A stretch of 64,000 nt of DNA from an uncultured Caulobacter sp. (GCF_947036865.1 NZ_CAMQSF010000018.1:976-64975); one strand, 5' to 3'; shown: positions 1 to 10,473, numbered from the stretch's first letter. The notes: generated by a model from the letters alone, not told the origin. Program-made: numbers and translations.

Positions 1-1031
1 CACGAAGAAGCCCAGTTGCGGCACCAACTGCGAGAACGCGTCGCGGCCGCCCATCACCTGGCCGAAGGTGATCGCGCCCGCGAAGTAGCGGGGCACCAGG
101 ATGAACAGCGGAATGAGCGAGCCCAGGCGATCGTAAAGACCGTTAGCGGCGTTCAGGCCGATCAGCGACAGGATCACCGTGCGCCCGGCCGCGCGGATTT
201 CCTGGATCGCCCTGCCGAGAGCGCCGCGCTCGGCGGGGACCGCGTTGGCCAGGCCGATCTGGGGCGCGTTGCGACGCACATGGACCAAGCCGGAGCGGAA
301 GTCGGCCTCGCGGTGCTGCCACCGCATCATCGCCCGGATGTAGGGCTTGCCCAGCAGCAACATGATCCCGCTGCTGACCAGCACATAGGCGACCGCGTAC
401 CAGATCGTGCTGCCCGGGATCGATATCGCGTGGCCCAGCAGCGTGAACTCGATCGGACCGGCGGTCTCCAGCAGGATCATGATCGACGAGAACGCCGAGA
501 CCACCGCACTGAGGACGCTCATCATGATCGACAGCGAGCCCAACTGTTCATCCGTGATGAACCGGATGTCGTCGGCGATCCGCTGGTCGGGGTTGTCGAT
601 CATCCGCAGCCGCTCGATCTCGGCATAGCGGTGTCGCGCCATCCAGCGATCCACGTAGCGCTCGGTCAGGTGTATCCGCCAGCGCAGGCAGAAGCTGCGC
701 CGGATCCAGGGCTCGACGATGACGAAGATCATCTGCATCGACAGGATGCCGGCGAAGGTCAGCAACAGCGTGTTGAAGCCGGCGATGTCGCGGTTCTCCA
801 CCCCATCGAAGAAGCGCTGCTGCCAGCGGTTCATCAGAACGAACAGGTAGGCGCCGGCGAACTGGAAGACGGTGAGCGCCAACAGCGCCAGCCACGCGAA
901 CTTCCAGTCCTTGGAGGTCGCGTAATCCCAAAGCAGCCGGAAGATGAGCCGCCCGCCCCTCCCCTTGCGCGATGACTCGAGCCCCCCCTGACGAGGGGGC
1001 TCACCGGATGGAACGGACCGCGACAGCATCA
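1..1031 (-). CDS. SbmA/BacA-family ABC transporter, N-terminal transmembrane part (3' end lies beyond window)
   Basis: Not in ORF track because there is no stop in the window. Own translation from ATG at 1031: MLSRSVPSGEPP..RLIFRLLWDYATSKDWKFAWLALLALTVFQFAGAYLFVLMNRWQQRFFD..RMIDNPDQRIADDIRFI..READFRSGLVHVRRNAPQIGL. The DNPDQRI and E-A-D-F-R motifs are typical of the ABC_membrane_2/SbmA_BacA family. It starts 14 nt after the upstream receptor stop. Confidence 0.7.
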
Positions 1032-1045
1032 ACGGGAAGCCCTTA

Positions 1046-3316
1046 TCAACGGAAGCGGTAGCCGACGGTCAGCCGCCAGGTGCGCGGCTCGCCGAGGGGC
1101 ACGTAGCTGGTGGCGGGGGTCACGCCATAGTTGACCCGATCGAACACGTTCCGGACGCCCAGTCTCAGATCGACGCTGCGCACGGTCACGAAGGCGTTCA
1201 GGTCGACCTGGTTCGTCGCCGGGATGTGGTTGACTCCGAACCGGTCGATCGCGGCGCTGGAGCGGCCATAGACCCCGCCGCCGAGGCCCGCCACCGCGCC
1301 CTCGGCGATCCGGCGGCGATAGGAGGCGTAGAGACTGTACTGATCGCGCGGCGCCTTCGTGACCGTGGTGCCGTTTTTCGTGCTCGGGCTCAGAAGGCTG
1401 TAGTCGGTGCGGGTGAAGCCGCCGCTAACCAGGAGGCCCCTGACCGGCTCGCCCGAGACGCTGAGGTCGACGCCCTCGCCCAACTGCCCGGGCCCTGCGA
1501 TCTGGTAGCGCGGGGCGACTGGATCGTTGAAGAGGTGGTTGCTCTCCCGCAGGCTGAACCAGGAGGCGTTCACCAGAACCCGCTTGTTGAAGAGGTCGAG
1601 CTTTACGCCGGCTTCCTGGTTGCGCGTGTGGTTGTCCGGCAGCAGATTCAGGAAGCGATCCGTCGAGAAGCTGGGGATGAAGCCATAGGCCAGCGAGCCG
1701 TACACCGACAGGTTATCGGTCAGGTTGGCGACGACGCCGTAGCTGGGCGTCACCGCGCCGTTCGACCTGTACTGCGCCGTCGGCCGGCCCACGATCTCGG
1801 AAGTGGACTCCGAGTTGGTCTTCCGGACACTGGCCATGAAGGCGAGCTTCCAGGCCTTGGCCAGGTACTGGGCGTAATAGGATGATTGCTTGCCGGTGAC
1901 CCGATACGCGCGCTGGTACTGGCTGGCCAGCGGATAAAGCGTGCCCTGCTTGGTCTGGTAGTTATAGGTGAACATGCCGGGGCCGTCGGAATAGGCGGCG
2001 TTGTCGGCGACGATGTCGTAATCGCTGGCCATACCGCCGACCACCAGCTTGTGCTCCACGGATCCCGTGGTCGCGGCGAACCGCGCATAGCCGTCCACGG
2101 CATTGTTCACGCTGTGCTGCTTGACGCCGCTGCGCGACAGCAGGAGCAAGCCGTTCGGGGCGAGCACGGCGAACGGCGAGTACTGGCGCAGCAGCAGCGA
2201 CGTCTCCTGATGCTGGTAATGCCCCGACACCAGCATCCACGACTTGACCTGCTGCTTGGCCTGCAGGTCGTAGGTCACGCCGGCGATCTTCGCGTACTGA
2301 TCCTTGTCGCCGACCAGGGGCTTGGCGCGATCCGTGGGATAGGCCTCGTTCGTCCTGTCGTTGAACAAGGTGTAGGGCACCATGCCGAAGACCTGGCTGC
2401 CCAGGGTCACGCTGGCGATCACGTCGCTCTTGGCGGTCTTGAAGCGCAGGGAGGGCGCGAACAGAAAATCCTCGTTGCCGCGATAGCCGCCGGCGTTGTG
2501 GTCGGCGCCGGCCGCGGTGGCGATGACGCGGGCGGAAAACCGCTGATCCTCCGAGACCGCCCCGTTGGCGTCGAGCGTGACGCGTCCCGCGCCGAACGAT
2601 CCCGCCTCGCCGGTGACGTACAACTGCTGCTCGGTGCTCGGCTTCTTGGTCACGATATTGACCGTGCCGCCCAGGCTGTCGCCGCCCAGCAGGATCGCGT
2701 CGGGGCCCTTCAGAACTTCCAGGCGCTCAATGTTGGCGATGGGCTGGGTGCTGCCGGCCGCGAAGCTGCTGCTCGACGGCGTCGGCATGCCGTTGACCGC
2801 GCCGCCCGACGAGAAGCCGCGCACGGAATAGGTGACGCCGCCCTGGACCGTGGCGGTGTTGACCGTCACGCCGCCGGCGTTGCGGAGCGCTTCGGGCAGG
2901 CTCTGGGCTTGCTGCTCGGCGAGCAGCTTGGCCGAGATGACCTGGGCGTTGCGCGCCTGGTCGCGCAGGGATTGCCCGGTGCGGGTCGATCCGGTCTCGC
3001 CGCGCACCAGGACGCTGGTTTCGGCCTCGTCGCGGCGGGCCACGACGACGATCTCGCTGAGGACGCCGTCCTTCTCTTCCCGAACGATCGCGTCGGTCCG
3101 GGCTTGATCCTCGCGGGCCTTGGCGGCGCGCCGCTGGGCCTTGCGGGCCTCGCGGGACGACGGCGCGGCCTCGACCTTGGCCGGCGCGTTCGCGGCGGGC
3201 GGCGTCGCGGCGGGACCTTGGCGAGCTTCGGCCACGACGGGCGCGAACTGGACCAGGATGGGCAGGATGCTGACGGTCGCGATGTACGCGCCCCGAGCGG
3301 CGGCAAGACGTGACAT
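1046..3316 (-). CDS. TonB-dependent receptor (siderophore/peptide-type)
   Basis: ORF 1046..3400. Plug and barrel motifs present (EIVVVA TonB-box-like, LEVLKGPDAILLGGDSLGGTVNIVTKKP, C-terminal TVGYRF). I prefer the internal ATG at 3316 (MSRLAAARGAYIATVSILPILV signal peptide), which is preceded by GGAGATTGGA. Confidence 0.85.
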   Translation of the reverse strand: MSRLAAARGAYIATVSILPILVQFAPVVAEARQGPAATPPAANAPAKVEAAPSSREARKAQRRAAKAREDQARTDAIVREEKDGVLSEIVVVARRDEAETSVLVRGETGSTRTGQSLRDQARNAQVISAKLLAEQQAQSLPEALRNAGGVTVNTATVQGGVTYSVRGFSSGGAVNGMPTPSSSSFAAGSTQPIANIERLEVLKGPDAILLGGDSLGGTVNIVTKKPSTEQQLYVTGEAGSFGAGRVTLDANGAVSEDQRFSARVIATAAGADHNAGGYRGNEDFLFAPSLRFKTAKSDVIASVTLGSQVFGMVPYTLFNDRTNEAYPTDRAKPLVGDKDQYAKIAGVTYDLQAKQQVKSWMLVSGHYQHQETSLLLRQYSPFAVLAPNGLLLLSRSGVKQHSVNNAVDGYARFAATTGSVEHKLVVGGMASDYDIVADNAAYSDGPGMFTYNYQTKQGTLYPLASQYQRAYRVTGKQSSYYAQYLAKAWKLAFMASVRKTNSESTSEIVGRPTAQYRSNGAVTPSYGVVANLTDNLSVYGSLAYGFIPSFSTDRFLNLLPDNHTRNQEAGVKLDLFNKRVLVNASWFSLRESNHLFNDPVAPRYQIAGPGQLGEGVDLSVSGEPVRGLLVSGGFTRTDYSLLSPSTKNGTTVTKAPRDQYSLYASYRRRIAEGAVAGLGGGVYGRSSAAIDRFGVNHIPATNQVDLNAFVTVRSVDLRLGVRNVFDRVNYGVTPATSYVPLGEPRTWRLTVGYRFR

Positions 3317-3589
3317 TCCAATCTCCCCTCTTGGCGACGCGCGACCGCTTGCCCGCACCTCCTCGGGCGCGGCCTTGAACGGTCTTCGCGGCGCGTTCAC
3401 AGCAGCGATGAAGCCTCGCCCCCGGGCGAAGCGGCTGGTCGACTCCGCCCCCCGGCGGTGGTCGACAATAACTGTGGCGTCGGGTGTCTCTGTCTTCCGG
3501 GCTCCGAGAAGCCGCGGCGCATTGCTTTCCTCGACGTTCGAAGACTGCTCCGAAGTCTGAACGTCATCAAATTGTAATCCGTTATGCCC

Positions 3590-4567
3590 CTATCGGAATT
3601 CTGGATGGCGATAGGTGGACTTGTCGACGCCGCGCGCCATCTGATCGACCAGCCACCGGATCACCGGCTCTCGGCTCCTGTAGAGCTGCCACTGGACGAC
3701 CAGCTCCGAGGACGGCTTTTCGAAGTCCAGATCGACCAGCTTCAAGGGCAGGATCGCCGCATTGTACTGGGCGAACCAATTGCTGGTGGTCACGACCAGA
3801 TCCGATCCCAGCGCCAGCAGCGGCAGCATCGAGTTCAGGCTCGTCCGGGCGACGATATGTCGGCGGGCCCGAGGATCATTCGGCCCATAGGGGCCGAACA
3901 GCGCCTGTTCCATCTCGTCCAGCAGCGCGGCGTGGCGCGCGCCCAGATATTCGGCCTCGCCCACCTGTCGCTCGGCGAACGGGTGGTTGCGCGACACCAG
4001 GCCCGCCAGGCTGTGACGGAACAGCGGCTGGCGGCCGAGATTGGGGTCCGCCATCGCGTGGGGGACGATGGCCACGTCCACGCCGGCGTCGAACAGCTTC
4101 TGGACCGCGCCGTGGACGAACGGGACCATGCGGATTTGCACGCCCGGCGCGGCGGCCCGGATGTCCGGGATGATCCGGCTGACGAACATCAGTTCGATCG
4201 CTTCGGGCGCGGTGATCGTGATCTCGCGTTCGGCGGTCGCCGGATCGAAATCGAGCGTGAGATTGAAGGTGTCGTCGACCTCGCGAAGCACCGGGCCGAC
4301 CCGATGCAGCAGGGCCTCGCCCAAGGCCGTCAGGCGTCGCTTGTCGCCGTAGACGACCAGTTCGTCGCCGAAGTGCTCGCGCAATTGTCTGAGCTTGGCG
4401 CTGAGCGCCGGCTGGCTCAGCGCGATGGACCGCGCCGCCGCCGTCAACGAAGGCGAATGCAAGAGCGCGTCGAGCGCGTAGAGCAGGTTGATATTGAGCC
4501 GGCGCAGCCGGGAGTGGCCCGGCGCGGGCGATGACCCAGCGACATTCTCGTCCAATATTGCCCCCAA
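3590..4567 (-). CDS. LysR-family transcriptional regulator (NodD-like N-terminus)
   Basis: HTH segment LNINLLYALDALLHSPSLTAAARSIALSQPALSAKLRQLREHFGDEL followed by a LysR substrate-binding domain. TTG start, so the exact start is uncertain. Confidence 0.85.
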   Translation of the reverse strand: MGAILDENVAGSSPAPGHSRLRRLNINLLYALDALLHSPSLTAAARSIALSQPALSAKLRQLREHFGDELVVYGDKRRLTALGEALLHRVGPVLREVDDTFNLTLDFDPATAEREITITAPEAIELMFVSRIIPDIRAAAPGVQIRMVPFVHGAVQKLFDAGVDVAIVPHAMADPNLGRQPLFRHSLAGLVSRNHPFAERQVGEAEYLGARHAALLDEMEQALFGPYGPNDPRARRHIVARTSLNSMLPLLALGSDLVVTTSNWFAQYNAAILPLKLVDLDFEKPSSELVVQWQLYRSREPVIRWLVDQMARGVDKSTYRHPEFR

Positions 4568-4700
4568 GCTCGCGCTCCCCGGCGCCAGGTTGGCATCTCA
4601 AGCTTGGAAGGGGAATGAGACAAGATGATCTGAGTGTTCCGCTCCGGCGCGTGGCGACGGAGATGAGGCGGACGGACACGCGGTCCGTCCGCCCGGAGAC

Positions 4701-7001
4701 TCAGAAGCGCTTGCGGACCTGGAAGCCGGCCGTGCGCGGGCTGATGCTGACGACCTGCTTGGGATTGTTGACCGCCGACGTCACGCTCATCAGCCCCACC
4801 TTGTCGGTGACGTTGTTGACGAAGACATAGGCGCCCCAGTCGGAGCCCTCGACGCCGGCGCGGATGTTGGCGTAGCCGTAATCCCCCTGCTTCTCGTAGT
4901 AGACATAGGTCGGCCGGAATTGAGACGCGGACTCGCCGACATAGGCGTAGTCGGCGCGCACAAGGCCGTTGAGATCGCCCTTCAGCGGCCAGGTGTACTC
5001 GACCGAGGCCGACCCGCTGAACTTGGGCACATAGGGGAACTTGTCGCCGCGCAGGCCGGTCGAGCCGGTGATCAGGATGCTGGAATTGGCCTGGTCCTCG
5101 GTCAGCTTGGCGTCGACGACGGCGGCGGTGCCGCTGATCGTCAGACCGGTGATCGGACGAGCCGTGGCCTCGACCTCGAAGCCCTTGATCCGCGCCGTGC
5201 CGGCGTTGGTCAGGTAGCTGAAGGCCCCGTTGGCGCTGGTGGCCGAGATCTGCAGGTTCGACCAGTCGATCTGGTAGGCCGCCGCGTTCAGGGTCAGGCG
5301 ACGGTCGAACCACTGGCTCTTCACCCCGCCTTCGTAGTTCCAGAGGCTGTCGGGCTGGTAAGCCAGCAGCGCGCTGGCCAGGCCGGGAACATTGTTGGCG
5401 CCGCCCGGACGGAAGCCCTTGGCCGCCACGGCGTAGACCATGACGTCGGACGTGATCTGATAGGACGCGTTCAGCTTGCTGACCCAGCCGTCGGCGCTGG
5501 CGTCGACCTGGGCGGCCGGCCCGACATAGGACTGGGTGATGAAGTTGCTGATCAGGACCTGGCCCGAGACGGTCTTGTCGTACTTGAAGCGGCGCAGGCC
5601 GCCGGTCAGGGTCAGCTTCTCGATGGGCTTGTACGAGACCTCGCCGAAGAAGGCGGTCTGCTTGGTCTGGGTGCCGACATGGCGCCAGGCGGTCAGGTCG
5701 TTGGGATTGATGATCCCGGTGGCGGCGTCGCCCTTGGCCACCTTGCTCTCGATATAGTCGTCGCGCTTTTCGAGATAGACGCCCGCCGTCCAGTCCAGCT
5801 TGTCGTCGAACAGCGAGCCGTTGGCGCGCAGCTCGTGGTTCCACGAGGTCAGGCCCATCGGCTGGTAGAGCGCGCCCGGAATGCGGCTGTCGGCATAGGC
5901 GGTGTAGGCCGTCAGCTGGGCCGGGGTGCAGGCCGGGTTGGTCGATCCCGTCGGCGCCGGTCCGCCGGCGACCCAGTTGCGGCACGAGGTGGCGTTGGCG
6001 CGGCTGCCTGACAGGGTCGGGCTGTAGTCGGAGTTCCGCAGCAGCGTCCACTTGTAGTAGGACGACGTCGCCGTGATCGTGGCGAAGTTCAGCTCCCACT
6101 TGCCCGTGACGTTGTAGAGCCGGAGATTGTCGCTGGTCGGGGCGATGACGCGGGCGTTGGTCCTGTAGTCGCCGCCCAGCGCCGGGTACCAGCTGTTCTG
6201 ACCGTCCAGGGTGGTCTTCTGGAACAGGCCGGTGGCGTTGATCGTCAGCGTCTCGGTGGGCGTGAAACCCAGCATCAGGCGACCGCCGCTGGCATGCTGG
6301 TCGTTGATGTTCTTCTTGTTCAGCTGGACGTCGTCGACATAGCCGCCGCCCTCGGTCTTGTAGAGCACCAGGCGCGCGGCCAGCTTGTTCTCGATCAGCG
6401 GCACATTGACCATGCCCTTGACCGAATAGCCGTTGCTGCCGCCCTTGACGGACGTGCCCTGCGCCTCGACCGCGCCGGCGTAGCGGCTGCTGTCGGGCTT
6501 GTTGAGGATCACCCGCAGGGTGCCGCCCATCGAGCCCGAGCCGTACAGCGTGCCTTGCGGCCCCCGCAGCACCTCGATGCGCTCGGCGTCGAACAGATTG
6601 ACGTCGGCGCTGGTCGAGCTGGCGTCGGCGGTGGTGCCGGCCGGGCCGGTCAGCGGGGTTTCGTCGTAGTAGAGACCGACCGTGGCCTCGCCAGCGCTGC
6701 GCACGCCGCGCAGGGTCAGGCGACGGCTGGTCGGCGAATTGCCGTCGACCTGCAGGTTCGGCACGGTGCGGAAATAGTCCTGGATGCCCGAGGCGCCCAG
6801 CGCCTGAAGCGACTTTTCGGTGACCGCGCTGACGCTGATCGGCGTCGTCTGGACCGTGGTCGAGCGCTTCAGCGCGGTGACGACAACCTCCTCGATCGTC
6901 GCGCCGTCGGACGATTGTTGGGCGAACGCTTGGCCCGCCGCCAGGCTGCTCAACGCGCTGGCGCCCAGGGCCAGGACCCGAAGGCTTCGAAACTGCATCA
7001 T
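4701..7001 (-). CDS. TonB-dependent receptor
   Basis: ORF 4701..7277 trimmed to ATG 7001 (MMQFRSLRVLALGASALSSLAAGQAFAQ signal peptide, GAGGGGA upstream). Contains EEVVVTALKR, LRGPQGTLYGSGSMGG and a C-terminal ..FQVRKRF. Confidence 0.85.
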   Translation of the reverse strand: MMQFRSLRVLALGASALSSLAAGQAFAQQSSDGATIEEVVVTALKRSTTVQTTPISVSAVTEKSLQALGASGIQDYFRTVPNLQVDGNSPTSRRLTLRGVRSAGEATVGLYYDETPLTGPAGTTADASSTSADVNLFDAERIEVLRGPQGTLYGSGSMGGTLRVILNKPDSSRYAGAVEAQGTSVKGGSNGYSVKGMVNVPLIENKLAARLVLYKTEGGGYVDDVQLNKKNINDQHASGGRLMLGFTPTETLTINATGLFQKTTLDGQNSWYPALGGDYRTNARVIAPTSDNLRLYNVTGKWELNFATITATSSYYKWTLLRNSDYSPTLSGSRANATSCRNWVAGGPAPTGSTNPACTPAQLTAYTAYADSRIPGALYQPMGLTSWNHELRANGSLFDDKLDWTAGVYLEKRDDYIESKVAKGDAATGIINPNDLTAWRHVGTQTKQTAFFGEVSYKPIEKLTLTGGLRRFKYDKTVSGQVLISNFITQSYVGPAAQVDASADGWVSKLNASYQITSDVMVYAVAAKGFRPGGANNVPGLASALLAYQPDSLWNYEGGVKSQWFDRRLTLNAAAYQIDWSNLQISATSANGAFSYLTNAGTARIKGFEVEATARPITGLTISGTAAVVDAKLTEDQANSSILITGSTGLRGDKFPYVPKFSGSASVEYTWPLKGDLNGLVRADYAYVGESASQFRPTYVYYEKQGDYGYANIRAGVEGSDWGAYVFVNNVTDKVGLMSVTSAVNNPKQVVSISPRTAGFQVRKRF

Positions 7002-7098
7002 GGTGATCCCCTCTTGTCGGTCCGCTCGACGGCGGCCTGTAGGGTCAGACGCAAGCCCGAGAGGGTCCCTCACCTCCCGCCGGGCAAAAAGACGCGGG

Positions 7099-9744
7099 TC
7101 AGAAGCGGCGCTCAAGCGACAGGCGCACGGTGCGCGGCATGACCCCGAAATATTCGACGGGACCGGACGTATTCCGCGCCGCCGACGCCCGCCCCGCCCG
7201 GTCGAGCAGGTTCTCGATCGAGAGATCGGCGCTCCAGGCGCGATGCTCCAGGCCCGCGCCGACGCCGAACAGCGCATAGCCGCCCATCTTCAGATAGTCC
7301 GCGTTGCCGGCGTTGAAGGCCGAGCGCGCCAGGCCGGCATAGTAGGCGTCGAGCCGCAGCCGCACCGCGAGGTCCGCGCCCAAGGGCCAGCGGCGTTCGG
7401 CCGAGGCCGACGCCGAGACCTTCGGGACGATGGGCAGCCGATCCCCTTCCCGCCCGAGGCCAATGGCGCTGTTGGTCACCTGGTCGGCGGTCAGGCGGGC
7501 GTCGGTCAGAGTCAGGGTGGCCGCCAGGTCCCAGCCGGCGATCCGCCGCGCCGCGCCTTCGATCTCGACGCCCTGAAGGCGCGCGGCGCCGATATTGGTC
7601 ACATAGTTGAACGCGCGGTTCTGGGTCTGGGCCGCGTACTGCATGTCGCGCCAGCGCGCGCGATACGCCGCCAGGTTCAGCGTCACGCGACGATCGGCGC
7701 TTTGCGCCTTCAGACCCAGCTCGGCGTTGTCGAGCCGGTCAGATCGATAGAGGGCCAGGGCCTCGGGCAAGCCGGGCACCACGTTCACCCCGCCGGGCCG
7801 AAAGCCCTGCGAGATCTGCGCATAGCCGAACAGGCCGGGCGCGAAGGCGCGGGTGGCCAAGGCCTTCAGGCTCCAGCCCCGCTCGCGACCCCGGGCGTCG
7901 ATCGCGTAGTCCATCCAGGTGCCCGAGATGACGTTGGCGACCTGGACGCCGCCCCGGTCGCGCTTGGCGTAGTCGAAGCGCCGCGCGCCGATCGTCAGGT
8001 CGGTGTCGCGCGCGACCGCGTAGGACGCCTCGCCGAAGACCGCGTGCTGGGCCAGGTGGTTCTCGATGTCGCGCCGCCCGATCATCACCGGCGGCTCGAC
8101 CGGCGCGCCGGTCGCGGGATCGACGTGGCGAACCTGGCTGTCGATACGGTCCTCGCGAACCTCGCTATAGGCCCCCACGGTCCAGCGCAGCGGTCCGGGC
8201 CCGACCGAGGCCGCGCGCAGTTCGTGGATCCGGGCGGTCAGCGCCGCCGGCTGGTTGAGGATCGCCGGATAGACGCTGTCGACATAGGCCGAGTAGCCGG
8301 CCATCTGCTCGCCGCCGCAAGCCGACGCGATCGAGAACATCCGCATGCAGCCGGCGGCGTTGGTCCGCTCGCCCAGCAGGACGCCGCTGTAGTCGGAGCG
8401 CCGCACCAGTTTCCAGCGGTACCAGGACGAGACGGCGGTCACGTCGACCGCCTCGCCGCGCCACTTCACGACGGACGACGCCAGGTCGATGTCCCCATCG
8501 AAGGGCGAGCGGCCGGCATGGACCGTCCGCCAGGGGCCCGCCGAGTCGTTCCAGGCCGAGATGTCGCCGCGATGGTTGGACTGATGCGCGCCCGAGACCA
8601 GGACCGAGAGCTTGTCCCCCCTCTCCCAGAGCATGGCCAGCCGCGCGCCCCGGGCGCGCGCGTCGTCGACATCCGACAGCCCCAGCCGGATGTTGTCGAT
8701 CACGCCGGGTTGGCGCTGATCATAGGCCGTTACGCGCACGGCCAGGACGTCCGGAACCGCCACGAGATTCAGCACCGCCGCCCCGCTGACCGCCCGCCCG
8801 CCATGGGCGACGCTGGCGACGGAGGCGCTCACCGAGCCGCTGTCGCCGCCGAGGTCGGGCCGCTTGAAGAGGATGCGCAGGGCCCCGCCCATGGCGCCCG
8901 AGCCGTAGAGCGTGCCTTGGGGCCCGCGCAGCAGTTCGATCCGGTCGACGTCCACCAGCGCCAGCTCGGGCGCCATGACGCCGGGATCGGCCGTGGTGCC
9001 GACCGGACCGGTCATCGGCGTTTCGTCGTAATAGAGACCCGTGGTGGCCTCGCCGGCCCCGTAGACCCCGCGCAGCACCAGACGCCGCCCGAACGCGGTG
9101 GAGATCAGTTTCAGGCCCGGCAGCAACGGGGCTGCCTGTTCGAGATTGGCGATGGTCGCGCGCGTCAGCTGCTCGCCGTCCACCACGGCCATGCTGACCG
9201 GCGTCCGCTGGGCCACGCTCGCGCGCTTCAGCGCCGTGACGATCAGGCCGTCCAGGTCCACGGCCAGGGCGGCCGGCGAAGGCTCAGGCTCCGGGGCCGC
9301 CCGAGGCTTGGGCGCCGGCACGACCAGGAAGCTGCGGCCCGCGAGCCGAAAGGTCAGGCCCGAGCCGGAGAGCAGTCGGGTCAGGGCCTGTTCCGCGGTG
9401 AAGGCGCCGTTCAAAGCCGGGCTTTTCCGTCCCGCGGTCAGGTTGGGAGAGAACAGGATTTCGCGGTCGCTGCGCAGCGCCAGCTGGTTCAGCGCCTGGC
9501 TCAGCGGCTGCGCCGGCAGGTCGAACCGGCGCGGGGCGTCGGCCGAATCCCCCGCCCGCGCCCAGGCGGCGTCCGGCGCGACGGTCCCGACGGCCGCCAC
9601 GCAGAGCATGGTCGCGACGAGGCCGCGCCTGGCCGACGCTGCAAACGCTCTGGACCTTAACAACGGCGACTCCGACCTCCCCGGCGGCACGGATCTCACA
9701 CCCTGGAGAAGCGCGGACCATGCCTTGTTTTGACGGGCGGCCAT
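7099..9744 (-). CDS. FecA-type TonB-dependent transducer with N-terminal STN signalling domain
   Basis: STN-like segment FDLPAQPLSQALNQLALRSDREILFSPNLTAGRKSPALNGAFTAEQALTRLLSGSGLTF precedes the plug (LIVTALKR). Divergent from an ECF sigma/FecR pair. An alternative TTG start at 9663 (LLRSRAF.., GGAG upstream) is possible. Confidence 0.85.
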   Translation of the reverse strand: MAARQNKAWSALLQGVRSVPPGRSESPLLRSRAFAASARRGLVATMLCVAAVGTVAPDAAWARAGDSADAPRRFDLPAQPLSQALNQLALRSDREILFSPNLTAGRKSPALNGAFTAEQALTRLLSGSGLTFRLAGRSFLVVPAPKPRAAPEPEPSPAALAVDLDGLIVTALKRASVAQRTPVSMAVVDGEQLTRATIANLEQAAPLLPGLKLISTAFGRRLVLRGVYGAGEATTGLYYDETPMTGPVGTTADPGVMAPELALVDVDRIELLRGPQGTLYGSGAMGGALRILFKRPDLGGDSGSVSASVASVAHGGRAVSGAAVLNLVAVPDVLAVRVTAYDQRQPGVIDNIRLGLSDVDDARARGARLAMLWERGDKLSVLVSGAHQSNHRGDISAWNDSAGPWRTVHAGRSPFDGDIDLASSVVKWRGEAVDVTAVSSWYRWKLVRRSDYSGVLLGERTNAAGCMRMFSIASACGGEQMAGYSAYVDSVYPAILNQPAALTARIHELRAASVGPGPLRWTVGAYSEVREDRIDSQVRHVDPATGAPVEPPVMIGRRDIENHLAQHAVFGEASYAVARDTDLTIGARRFDYAKRDRGGVQVANVISGTWMDYAIDARGRERGWSLKALATRAFAPGLFGYAQISQGFRPGGVNVVPGLPEALALYRSDRLDNAELGLKAQSADRRVTLNLAAYRARWRDMQYAAQTQNRAFNYVTNIGAARLQGVEIEGAARRIAGWDLAATLTLTDARLTADQVTNSAIGLGREGDRLPIVPKVSASASAERRWPLGADLAVRLRLDAYYAGLARSAFNAGNADYLKMGGYALFGVGAGLEHRAWSADLSIENLLDRAGRASAARNTSGPVEYFGVMPRTVRLSLERRF

Positions 9745-9900
9745 GCCAACGCGCTCGGCGCCCGCGGCGCAAGATCGCGCGTTGCTCAGGCTTTAGGCAA
9801 CAGGCCAGAGCCCGCTTGCGTTCGCGCCTATCCTCCGTCGGCGGCTTGACACGCGGGAAAGCGCGATTTCACCTAACTGTCGCATGTTGGGGCGGCGATC

Positions 9901-10473
9901 ATGATTTGGGGCGTAAAGTCGCCGAAAGAGTCCGAGGCGGCGGCCTTGATCGACAGCGGCGCGCGGTTCGTCCCGGCCCTGCGCGCGTTCTTCTCGCGCC
10001 GCGCGCCGGCCGCCGATGTCGAGGATCTGGTGCAGGAGGTTCTCCTGCGAATCCAAAAGCGCCAGCCCGCCCCCGTCGTCAACAATGTGGAAGGCTACCT
10101 CTTCGAGGTGGCGGCCAACGTCCTGATCGACCGGGGCCGCCGCGATCGAACCCGCCGCCGCGCCGATCACTGCGAACTGCAAGAAACGCATCATCCGGTT
10201 GATGAAATCTCTCCCGAGCGCGTCTTACAGGGTCGGGAACAGATGGCGCGGGTAATGGCGGCGCTGAACGCGCTGCCGGAACGCACGCGACGGGTTTTCA
10301 TCCTCGTGCGCTTCGAGGAGATGAGCTACAAGCTCGTCGCCCAGCGCCTGGGTGTCTCCGTCAGCGCTGTCGAGAAACACGTTATGAAGGCGCTTCGGCA
10401 TCTGCACGAACGCCTGCGGGACCAGGATGACGTCGACACGGTCGGAGAAAGAGAGACCCGAAGACCCGGCTAG
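9901..10473 (+). CDS. ECF (FecI-like) RNA polymerase sigma-70 family factor
   Basis: Region 2 (VEDLVQEVLLRI..VEGYLFEVAANVLIDRGRRD) and region 4 HTH (LPERTRRVFILVRFEEMSYKLVAQRLGVSVSAVEKHVMKAL). Confidence 0.85.
   Translation: MIWGVKSPKESEAAALIDSGARFVPALRAFFSRRAPAADVEDLVQEVLLRIQKRQPAPVVNNVEGYLFEVAANVLIDRGRRDRTRRRADHCELQETHHPVDEISPERVLQGREQMARVMAALNALPERTRRVFILVRFEEMSYKLVAQRLGVSVSAVEKHVMKALRHLHERLRDQDDVDTVGERETRRPG

Noticed and set aside
16-975. 319-aa plus-strand ORF in the track
   Set aside because: It is antisense to a well-supported SbmA/BacA-type membrane protein gene. Its Arg/Ala/Asp/His/Gln-rich, low-complexity composition is typical of an open antisense frame in high-GC DNA.
3317-3589. 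Possible cobalamin riboswitch in the leader of the receptor / SbmA-like operon
   Set aside because: I saw fragments vaguely like a B12 element (cgccacagtt, ggaagacagagac). They are in the wrong order, and the GGGAA..GGTG..CC core is missing. Only a SalI-palindrome hairpin (about 3441-3470) is clear.
6820-9660. 946-aa plus-strand ORF
   Set aside because: It runs antisense across two TonB-dependent receptor genes and their intergenic region. It is Arg/Gly/Ala/Pro-rich with no recognisable domain, so I treat it as a high-GC artefact.
9745-9900. ECF-dependent promoter for the FecA-like gene
   Set aside because: TGAAAT-N16-TCAAG on the minus strand is the only candidate. It does not match any ECF consensus I can name with confidence.
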